This document shows, piece by piece, positions 1 to 5,982 of a stretch of DNA of 39,127 bases. The stretch is taken from positions 1-39,127 of the forward strand of contig JAQTXE010000003.1 in the NCBI GenBank assembly GCA_028688935.1, read 5' to 3'. Made by a program: the position numbers and the translations under genes. The notes under the pieces are model-generated. The model was not told where the DNA came from and did not search any database. It saw only the letters and a list, made by a program, of their open reading frames with translations. Position 1 is the stretch's first letter; the number at the start of each line of letters is the position of its first letter. This DNA comes from Syntrophales bacterium (GTDB lineage: Bacteria > Desulfobacterota > Desulfobaccia > Desulfobaccales > 0-14-0-80-60-11).

Positions 1-139
1 CGAAACTAAAGCTTAGCTTCTCCAATCCCCGAAAATCCCGGAGGTCGGGGACCAGCAGGGCCAAAAAGGCGTAGCCCACCAGAAACAGCGCCCCCAGACC
101 CAGGAGGAAGCGGAGGAGGCTCGGGGCCGGCTCAATCAT
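1..139 (-). CDS. partial CDS (N-terminus only), hydrophobic membrane protein of unknown function
   Basis: The reverse strand reads ATG(139-137)ATTGAG... = MIEPAPSLLRFLLGLGALFLVGYAFLALLVPDLRDFRGLEKLSFSF and runs off the window. Its ATG overlaps the TGA of the upstream ORF (ATGA junction). It has one obvious TM helix. It is too short for the ORF track. Confidence 0.35.
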   Translation of the reverse strand, partial: MIEPAPSLLRFLLGLGALFLVGYAFLALLVPDLRDFRGLEKLSFSF

Positions 140-632
140 AGAATCTCCCCGAGAGCTTACGGTAGTCCACCCGGTAAACCAGACCCGGGCCGGGCACGGC
201 CAGCCGGTGAAAAGCCGGGGATTCCTGCACCGCCTTCCGGCTCACCCAGGGCTTGTCTCCCTCCCGGACGAGGAGAAAGGAAGCCTGGTCGTTGTGCAGA
301 GTATAGAAGAGAAAACTGGGGGGCGTACCCGGCGTGAGCAGAATATGGCGCCGGGGGGCGAGGTGGTAGCGGGCCTCGATCTCTTTCCCCGCCTCATAAT
401 TATCCACGAAGACGTAGGTGGATTGGGGCGGGATGATGGGGGCCACGGCCAGCAGCCAGTGGTAGAGCGGGTCTTCCTGACGCATCGCCGCGCCGGTGCG
501 TTGGTCCGCCACCCTCCAGGCCAGATCCCGGGCCTCGGGGGCGAAATACCAGGCCAGCCAGATGATTTGCAGCATCCAGAGGCCCAAGACTATCCGGAAG
601 AGCCAATGACGCCAGTTTGTTGAGATTTTCAT
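132..632 (-). CDS. hypothetical membrane-anchored protein (166 aa)
   Basis: Has an N-terminal TM helix (WLFRIVLGLWMLQIIWLAWYF). It lies in the same orientation as the upstream GT2 gene and is coupled to the downstream membrane ORF. I recognise no family motif. Confidence 0.6.
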   Translation of the reverse strand: MKISTNWRHWLFRIVLGLWMLQIIWLAWYFAPEARDLAWRVADQRTGAAMRQEDPLYHWLLAVAPIIPPQSTYVFVDNYEAGKEIEARYHLAPRRHILLTPGTPPSFLFYTLHNDQASFLLVREGDKPWVSRKAVQESPAFHRLAVPGPGLVYRVDYRKLSGRFYD

Positions 633-644
633 TGCAGCTGAGAG

Positions 645-753
645 GGCAAAAAGGGGAAAAGGGGAAGAGGGGAAAAGGGAAAAACAATTAGTACTGAAAA
701 TTGCCGGACTTTCATTTCCCCTTTTAACCTTTTAACCTTTTCCCCTTTTAACC
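645..753. repeat. inverted pair of short tandem arrays (GGGGAAAA-type at 645-685, CCTTTTAA/CCCCTTTT-type at 715-753)
   Basis: AAAAGGGGAAAAGG (649-662) is the exact reverse complement of CCTTTTCCCCTTTT (736-749). Both arms sit inside ~8-nt tandem arrays between the GT2 stop and the next gene start. Confidence 0.75.
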
Positions 754-764
754 TCTACTCTTGG

Positions 765-1454
765 TTAATCCCAGAAACGGAAGCGGATGATATGGAAGAC
801 CGCGGCGAGGCCGTCTCTCCAGGTGATTTTTTTACCGTGGGCATAATCCCGGCCATGGTACTGGATGGGCACTTCGTAGATGCGGCAGCGCTGTTTGGCG
901 ATCTTGGCGGTGAGTTCCGGCTCCACCCCGAAGCGGTTGCATTTGATGGTGATGCCTTTTAAGACTTCCGCCCTAAAAACCTTGTAGCCCACCTCCATAT
1001 CCGAGAGGTTGAGGTTGGTGAACATATTGGACAGGGTGGTAACCACCTTGTTGCCCATGTAATGCCAGAAGAATAAGACCCGGTGGGGCCTCCCGCCGAT
1101 GAGACGGCTGCCGTAGACCACGTCTGCCACGTCTTCTTCGATGGGGGCCAGCAAGGCCGGGTAATCAACCGGCCGGTATTCCAGGTCCGCGTCCTGGATA
1201 ATCACCACGTCGCCGGTCACCTGGGCGAAGCCGGTGCGTAGGGCCGCGCCTTTGCCCTGGTTGCAATCGTGGTAAAAGAGCCGGACATTATCATATCTTT
1301 CCGTCAGACGGGCCAAAATATCCCGGGAGCCGTCCGTGGAGGCGTCGTCCACGGCGATGATCTCTTTATCGTAAGGGGTCTCCTGGACCAGCCGGAAAAT
1401 TATCTCCAGGGTCTCTTGTTCGTTGTATACCGGAATGACAATGCTCAATTTCAT
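765..1454 (-). CDS. family 2 glycosyltransferase (polyprenol-phosphate sugar transferase type)
   Basis: Carries the GT-A motifs SIVIPVYNE, VDDASTDGS and IIQDADLEY (DxD). The 229-aa length is typical of DPM1/ArnC/GtrB-like enzymes. Confidence 0.85.
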   Translation of the reverse strand: MKLSIVIPVYNEQETLEIIFRLVQETPYDKEIIAVDDASTDGSRDILARLTERYDNVRLFYHDCNQGKGAALRTGFAQVTGDVVIIQDADLEYRPVDYPALLAPIEEDVADVVYGSRLIGGRPHRVLFFWHYMGNKVVTTLSNMFTNLNLSDMEVGYKVFRAEVLKGITIKCNRFGVEPELTAKIAKQRCRIYEVPIQYHGRDYAHGKKITWRDGLAAVFHIIRFRFWD

Positions 1455-1509
1455 CCGTTCTGCATCGCTCCTTGAGAAAAGCTTTGCGCCTTGGTATGAG
1501 AAAGATTCT

Positions 1510-1536
1510 CACGCAAAGACGCAAAGAACGCAAAGG
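1510..1536. repeat. tandem ACGCAAAG array (3 units of 8-9 nt)
   Basis: Reads cACGCAAAGACGCAAAGAACGCAAAGg. A near-identical array in the opposite orientation lies at 9141-9178. Confidence 0.8.
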
Positions 1537-1592
1537 ATAATTTTCTAATGGTATACTTTAATTAAGAAATTCAGTCAGGAAATATTTTTGAG

Positions 1593-2582
1593 TCAGCCGC
1601 CGATCCTCGCCATCTGCTGGCAGGCAAGGAGGGTTTCCGGATCGGTAAACTCCGGCTTCCAGGCCTTGAGTTCCACGGCTTCCCGGAAGAGCCGCCCCAA
1701 AGCGGCATCGTCCGCGCCCTGGCGGAGCGGTCCTTTCACGTCTATCTCGTACTTGCCGAACAGGCAAGGCCGCAGGCGCCCGGCCGCGGTCAGGCGGAGG
1801 CGGTTGCACCCCGGACACTGATGCTCACTGATGGGGGAGATGAAACCCAGTTCCCCCCGGAACCCGGGGAAACGGAAGATCCGGGCCGGCCCCGCCGCGG
1901 TCTGCCGGACTTGGGGTTCTCCCTCGCCCAGAAAGGCCAGCCGCCGGTGCACCTCCGCCATGGGAAGGAAATGGCGGCTCCATTTCCCTTTAGCCACGGT
2001 GGGCATGAATTCGATGAAGCGCACCTGGAAGGGGCGCTCCCGGACCAACTGGACGAAATCCGGCAATTCGCCGTCGTTTAAGTCTTTGAGCACCACACAA
2101 TTGATCTTAATGGGATGAAATCCCAGGGAGGCGGCCTTTTCCAGGCCGGCCTGCACCTCCAAAAGATTGTCACTGCCGGTGAGTTCCCGGTAACGCTCCC
2201 GTTTGAGGGTATCCAGGCTCAGGTTGAGGTGGCGCAAACCCGCGTCATATAGCTCGGAAGCCAGCTCCTGCAGGCGCACGCCGTTGGTGGTGAGGCAGAC
2301 TTCCTCCAGCCCCTGAACCTGGTGTAATTCGCGAATAAATTCCACCACCCCCCGGCGCACCAGGGGTTCGCCCCCGGTGACCCGGATTTTGCGGATGCCC
2401 TGGGCCACGGCCACCCGGGCCAGGTGTAACATCTCTTCGTACCGCAGGATCTCCGGAGCCGGCAGCTTCACCCATTCTTCCGCCGGGGTGCAATAAAAGC
2501 AGCGCAAGTTACAGCGGTCGGTAATGGACAGCCGCAAATAGGTGACATTACCTAAAGGTTTTTCGGCGTTTCCTTTTTCCAT
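1593..2582 (-). CDS. moaA: GTP 3',8-cyclase (molybdenum cofactor biosynthesis protein A)
   Basis: Has the radical-SAM cluster motif DRCNLRCFYC near the N-terminus and the C-terminal second-cluster region CPGCNRLRLTAAGRLRPCLF. Length is 329 aa. Confidence 0.9.
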   Translation of the reverse strand: MEKGNAEKPLGNVTYLRLSITDRCNLRCFYCTPAEEWVKLPAPEILRYEEMLHLARVAVAQGIRKIRVTGGEPLVRRGVVEFIRELHQVQGLEEVCLTTNGVRLQELASELYDAGLRHLNLSLDTLKRERYRELTGSDNLLEVQAGLEKAASLGFHPIKINCVVLKDLNDGELPDFVQLVRERPFQVRFIEFMPTVAKGKWSRHFLPMAEVHRRLAFLGEGEPQVRQTAAGPARIFRFPGFRGELGFISPISEHQCPGCNRLRLTAAGRLRPCLFGKYEIDVKGPLRQGADDAALGRLFREAVELKAWKPEFTDPETLLACQQMARIGG

Positions 2583-2645
2583 GGTCCCACTATCTTCTCT
2601 TTTTATTTTACCCTGATCCCGTGAAAATGGGAGGGGAATTTTGCC

Positions 2646-2674
2646 TTGACAGGAAGGGGGCTGCCCATTATCAT
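2646..2674 (+). promoter_or_regulatory. sigma70-type promoter driving the cobalamin riboswitch
   Basis: TTGACA (2646-2651), a 17-nt spacer, then TATCAT (2669-2674). This places a start site about 10 nt before the riboswitch P1 region. Confidence 0.5.
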
Positions 2675-2685
2675 AAAGGTATAGA

Positions 2686-2850
2686 GAAGATGGGTACCCC
2701 CCAAGGGGTTTAAGAGGGAAGCCGGTTTAAATCCGGCACGGTCCCGCCGCTGTAACCGGGGACGAAACCTGCGGCAAGCCACTGTTTCCTTAAGGAAATG
2801 GGAAGGCGCAGGAACTAGAACGATCCGGAAGTCAGAAGACCTGCCTATCT
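2686..2850 (+). promoter_or_regulatory. cobalamin (B12) riboswitch aptamer
   Basis: Contains the conserved core AGAGGGAAGCCGGTTTAAATCCGGCACGGTCCCGCCGCTGTAA, then GGGGACGAA, the B12-box-like AAGCCACTG, and the 3' element GGAAGTCAGAAGACCTGCC. Order and spacing match the Cobalamin family consensus as I know it. Confidence 0.85.
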
Positions 2851-2942
2851 GTCCAGGCTCATGTCCCCGAGGTAGGGACTTGCAAGCCGGTCCGGAGGTT
2901 TAAGCCCCGGACCCCCCTGGGATCAAGAAAGCTGGGTGCCAT

Positions 2943-2974
2943 CCCTGGGTCTTAAATGACCCGGGGTTTTTTTT
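2943..2974 (+). terminator. intrinsic terminator (riboswitch expression platform)
   Basis: Stem CCCTGGGTC (2943-2951), loop TTAAAT, stem GACCCGGGG (2958-2966), followed by T8 (2967-2974). Confidence 0.7.
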
Positions 2975-3002
2975 GCCCAGAACGCGGCGGGCGCCAGGGG
3001 AG

Positions 3003-3035
3003 GTTAGTAGCCAGTAGTCAGTGGCCAGTAGCCAG
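3003..3035. repeat. heptamer tandem array, GCCAGTA unit
   Basis: Parses as gttagta|gccagta|gtcagtg|gccagta|gccag. The same unit recurs at 17764-17800. Confidence 0.8.
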
Positions 3036-3137
3036 GAAAAGACTTGAAGAATTGGGTTGTCTGGCAACTGGCTACTAATACGCGGGGATCGGGAGCAAGA
3101 GTGGAAGAAGTTAAATCATTTAGCAAAAGGAGGCATC

Positions 3138-3398
3138 ATGAAAGACGGACTGATCGTTTATCTGGTGAGCACCGCCGGTGTGCCGGAGGAGTTCAACGCG
3201 CCTGCCGCCGCCCAAGACCTGGGTTATCACGCCGACCGGGTGGCGGTGGTGGCCCCGGACCAGGGCTTTTTTACCGTGGAGGACGCCTGGCATTTCCTCC
3301 TCACCCGGGGTTGCGGCCGCATCCGCCTGGTGGTAGGCCAGGCGGAGGGCCCGGACCACCTGCGCCCTCTGGGCCCCGCAGTGCGGCTCTACGGCTAA
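3138..3398 (+). CDS. small hypothetical protein (86 aa) downstream of the cobalamin riboswitch
   Basis: ATG at 3138 is preceded by AAAGGAGG (3126-3133). It is in frame with track ORF 3057..3398. I recognise no family. The upstream M (3057) lies in the repeat region with no SD. Confidence 0.5.
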   Translation: MKDGLIVYLVSTAGVPEEFNAPAAAQDLGYHADRVAVVAPDQGFFTVEDAWHFLLTRGCGRIRLVVGQAEGPDHLRPLGPAVRLYG

Positions 3399-3420
3399 TA
3401 CCAATTCGACCTCATACCAA

Positions 3421-3525
3421 GTCGCAATCAAACGACAATGTTTCCGTAGCGAATCTTGTATTCGCCCAGAATGGCGGGCGAACACAAGGTTCGCCCCTAC
3501 AGTTTGCTGCCTTTTGATTGCGGCT
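3421..3525. repeat. REPIN-like element: two inverted GTAG-headed palindromes nested in an outer inverted repeat
   Basis: Forward copy: GTAGCGAATCTTGTATTCGCCC (3447-3468). Inverted copy at 3476-3500 has reverse complement GTAGGGGCGAACCTTGTGTTCGCCC. Outer arms are GTCGCAATCAAA (3421-3432) and TTTGATTGCGGC (3514-3525). Confidence 0.65.
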
Positions 3526-3566
3526 TGCTATCAAACGGAGCCTTTTGACTGCAACTCGGTATAATT

Positions 3567-3586
3567 CACCACAGAGGCACAGAGGA
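3567..3586. repeat. tandem CACAGAGG array (left arm of an inverted pair)
   Basis: Reads cacCACAGAGGCACAGAGGa. Complementary arrays lie at 3749-3774, and there is a single unit at 3699-3706. Confidence 0.7.
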
Positions 3587-3621
3587 CATATAACATTTGC
3601 CAAAAGTTCTTTCCTCTTATT

Positions 3622-3648
3622 CCCTCTCCCCCCGGCGGGGGGAGAGGG
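3622..3648. repeat. G/C palindrome CCCTCTCCCCCC-GGC-GGGGGGAGAGGG
   Basis: A perfect 12-bp stem visible in the sequence. It is followed by TCAGGGTGAGGGG. It translates to the low-complexity 'SPRRGERE/PPAGGEGQGEG' strings seen in the spurious track ORFs. Confidence 0.6.
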
Positions 3649-3705
3649 TCAGGGTGAGGGGGGGGAGGAAAAATATTTTGGCAACGAGTATAGATTTACA
3701 CAGAG

Positions 3706-3741
3706 GAAAAAAATAGGCTGTGGCGCGACCGCGCCACAGCC
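3706..3741 (-). terminator. intrinsic terminator for the minus-strand nlpC-like/171-aa operon
   Basis: Perfect palindrome GGCTGTGGCGCG-AC-CGCGCCACAGCC (3716-3741). On the minus strand it is followed by TATTTTTTT (A-run 3707-3713 on the plus strand). Confidence 0.55.
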
Positions 3742-3748
3742 TAAAATA

Positions 3749-3774
3749 TTCTCTGTGCTCTCTGTTTCTCTGTC
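3749..3774. repeat. tandem CTCTGTG-type array (right arm, inverted relative to 3567-3586)
   Basis: Reads ttCTCTGTGCTCTCTGTTTCTCTGTc, the reverse complement of the CACAGAG unit. Confidence 0.7.
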
Positions 3775-3779
3775 GCCAA

Positions 3780-3802
3780 GGCGGGCGAGACGCCCGCCCT
3801 AC
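3780..3802. repeat. GTAG-headed REP-like palindrome (second family)
   Basis: Reverse complement is GTAGGGCGGGCGTCTCGCCCGCC. A sister copy at 38959-38982 has reverse complement GTAGGGTGGGCGTCCCCGCCCGCC. Confidence 0.6.
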
Positions 3803-3864
3803 CAAATTTTTATGCTTTTAAGGCGGGTCCCAACGGTCCATGAGAAACTGTGATGAAATCTTTC

Positions 3865-4380
3865 TCACTCCACCCGGAACTCGATGGTCCTCTGGTCCTG
3901 GCCGTAGGCGGTGCTGACGACGGTGACCAGGGTATAGACCCCCGGCTTGGCGTCGGCCGGGAGTTTAAAGTTGACCTCCTGGTCGTAGGCGCCGTTATGG
4001 ATGCTGCTGTCCATGGACTTGGTGGTGCCCAGGGGCCTGCCCTGGAAGAAGATTTGCCGGGTGACGGTCACCGGGATGCCCACCTTTTCCGGAGTGAGGA
4101 GGGTGTAAGAGGTTTGCAGCAGCAGGGTGTCCCCGGGCCGGGCCCGGAGCGGCTGAACGCTGACCTTATCCAGACGGATGACGCAGCCGCCGGTGGGGCA
4201 ATAGTTCTCCTTGGATATGGCTTCTTCCCGGTTGAGACGAAGGTTCTCCCGGGTGCTGCCCCAGAGAGCCCAGTTTTTTCCATTAAGGGGAAACTCCAGG
4301 GCCAGGCCGGGAACGCTCCAGACCGCCAGAATGATGAGCATCAGGCCGATGATCCAGCCGGTTTTATACTTTGTTAACAT
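3865..4380 (-). CDS. secreted/periplasmic hypothetical protein (171 aa)
   Basis: Has an N-terminal signal/anchor (WIIGLMLIILAVWSVPGLA). It lies 41 nt downstream of the NlpC/P60 gene on the same strand. No motif recognised. Confidence 0.7.
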   Translation of the reverse strand: MLTKYKTGWIIGLMLIILAVWSVPGLALEFPLNGKNWALWGSTRENLRLNREEAISKENYCPTGGCVIRLDKVSVQPLRARPGDTLLLQTSYTLLTPEKVGIPVTVTRQIFFQGRPLGTTKSMDSSIHNGAYDQEVNFKLPADAKPGVYTLVTVVSTAYGQDQRTIEFRVE

Positions 4381-4421
4381 GGTGCTCTCCTTGCTGAGAT
4401 GATTGCCTCAAAGTTTTGCGG

Positions 4422-5000
4422 TTACTTGCTGGTGGACCAGCCCGACAAAAAACGTCTGGCGCCCATGAAGGAGACGCGCCAGACCTCGGCGTCCAGACGG
4501 CCGATGTACACGCCCTTGGGGGAGGCGTGGATGAACCGGCCATTGCCCAGATAGATGCCATTGTGGCATGCGGTTTCGGCATAGGCCGGATGGAAAAAGC
4601 CGGCGGCGAAGTACTCGGGGTGCCGTTTCCCGGCCTGGCAATAACGGTTAAAGAAGACCACATCCCCGAAACGCAAATCATGCAACGCCACCGGCCGGCC
4701 CTGGGTAAACTGCTGGGCCACGGTCCGGGGCAGATTGACCCCGGCTTGATGAAATGAAGCCTGGACCAGGCCCGAACAATCCACTCCAGTCGGGGTGGTG
4801 CCGCCCCGGCGGTAAGGGGCGCCCTGAAACCCGAGGACGGCCTGCTCCAAAGCAGCCTGTTGGGGAGTCAGGGCCGGCGGCGGCGAGGGCGGCGGCACCG
4901 GCGCCATCTTGGTCCGCGGGGGCCGCGGCCCGCCGCAGCCGGACAGGAGCAAGGCCACCCCTAAAATAATAAATAAAAGCTTCAAAAAATAGCCATTCAT
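4422..5000 (-). CDS. NlpC/P60 (C40) family peptidoglycan endopeptidase lipoprotein
   Basis: Has the lipobox LLLSGCGG, the catalytic Cys context GVDCSGLVQASF, and the His context CHNGIYLGNGRFIHAS. Confidence 0.85.
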   Translation of the reverse strand: MNGYFLKLLFIILGVALLLSGCGGPRPPRTKMAPVPPPSPPPALTPQQAALEQAVLGFQGAPYRRGGTTPTGVDCSGLVQASFHQAGVNLPRTVAQQFTQGRPVALHDLRFGDVVFFNRYCQAGKRHPEYFAAGFFHPAYAETACHNGIYLGNGRFIHASPKGVYIGRLDAEVWRVSFMGARRFLSGWSTSK

Positions 5001-5054
5001 GGGCTTATCTTTTTAAAAGAAGCCTTAAATTTAAATATTTTTAATATCTACTTG

Positions 5055-5882
5055 TCACTCTTTTTTCTTAATTGTTTTAAAGAATTTTTCTTTATATTCT
5101 CCTTTAAGGTCTAAAATATATTTAAAGCCGCGATATTTTGGTCTGACGGATTCTGGTATCTGTACTATATGAGCTATTTCCGGGGCTTTTGTGTTTAGTA
5201 ATATAGCAATAACATCTTCACAAAAAGTATAACAATTCTCCATCGTTACAGTTAGATAACTTCTTAAAGGAACTTTTGTCTTCGCTATTGCAGGAATTAT
5301 AATTATCGGCTTACCGCTTGGAGATAATTCTATATCAAACCGTTCAATATTTAGTTCATCATGTTCTACTTTTCCTCTTAAATCATACAGTTCTTTTACC
5401 CAATTACTGTCATCCTCAATCATCTTCCATTCTATACTCTCATCGCCAAATATAGTCTTTAAATAATTTTTTACATCCTTTATTCCCTTGAATGATTTTG
5501 AAAAAATAATGATGGCAATTTTTACGATTTTTCTAATAGCAATTACACACCAAATTAAAAAATCCTCAAAATGTTTTGTTAATCTTTCAGTTGGATCATC
5601 AAAACTGATCGCATGAGTCTGATATTTTATTCCATCGCCTGAAATAATTTGTTTAATCACTTGATCTTCTAATAAGATATATGCCTTCTTGGAATCTTCC
5701 GCCTTTAAAATATCTTTCATGCAGTCAAATAAACATTCTTTTAATTTATCAACTTGCTCTTTCGGCAACTCAATAATATTTCTGTCTAAGATATCAGAAA
5801 ATTGTAGGAAAATACGATTAACTATTTCATTATTTGCTCCTTCATCTAATATTTTTACAAATTTAAATTGCGGTCTTTCCAT
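5055..5882 (-). CDS. A+T-rich orphan protein (275 aa from MERPQFKF), with an Rx4H motif suggestive of a HEPN/Abi-like fold
   Basis: A long ORF in a strongly A+T-rich block, with no competing frame. The track ORF extends to 5978, but those extra 32 codons cross into the G+C-rich metG flank. RGKVEH is encoded at 5361-5378. No SD seen. Confidence 0.6.
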   Translation of the reverse strand: MERPQFKFVKILDEGANNEIVNRIFLQFSDILDRNIIELPKEQVDKLKECLFDCMKDILKAEDSKKAYILLEDQVIKQIISGDGIKYQTHAISFDDPTERLTKHFEDFLIWCVIAIRKIVKIAIIIFSKSFKGIKDVKNYLKTIFGDESIEWKMIEDDSNWVKELYDLRGKVEHDELNIERFDIELSPSGKPIIIIPAIAKTKVPLRSYLTVTMENCYTFCEDVIAILLNTKAPEIAHIVQIPESVRPKYRGFKYILDLKGEYKEKFFKTIKKKE

Positions 5883-5982
5883 AAAATTGATGCTCTTATA
5901 CCAATTCCTAATGTACAAAAATCTATGGCATTTAGGGTGAGGGATGATAAAGGCCTTTGGTCCTTGGCTCCTTCCCACAATC

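Noticed and set aside
2583-2690. Moco riboswitch upstream of moaA (minus strand)
   Set aside because: Only about 60-100 nt is available, and it lacks the conserved Moco-RNA elements I know. The structured RNA in this intergenic region is on the plus strand and is a cobalamin aptamer.
3044-3853. Track ORFs 3044..3517 (157 aa), 3518..3853 (111 aa) and their minus-strand counterparts
   Set aside because: They read straight through heptamer arrays, REP-like palindromes and a terminator. Their translations are low-complexity repeat strings (GRTQGSPLQ, PPAGGEGQGEG).
5883-5978. N-terminal 32-codon extension of the A+T-rich ORF (track start 5978)
   Set aside because: The extension leaves the A+T-rich block and runs into the G+C-rich metG 3' flank up to 5 nt from the metG stop. 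The internal Met at 5882 fits the compositional boundary better, though neither start has a clear SD.
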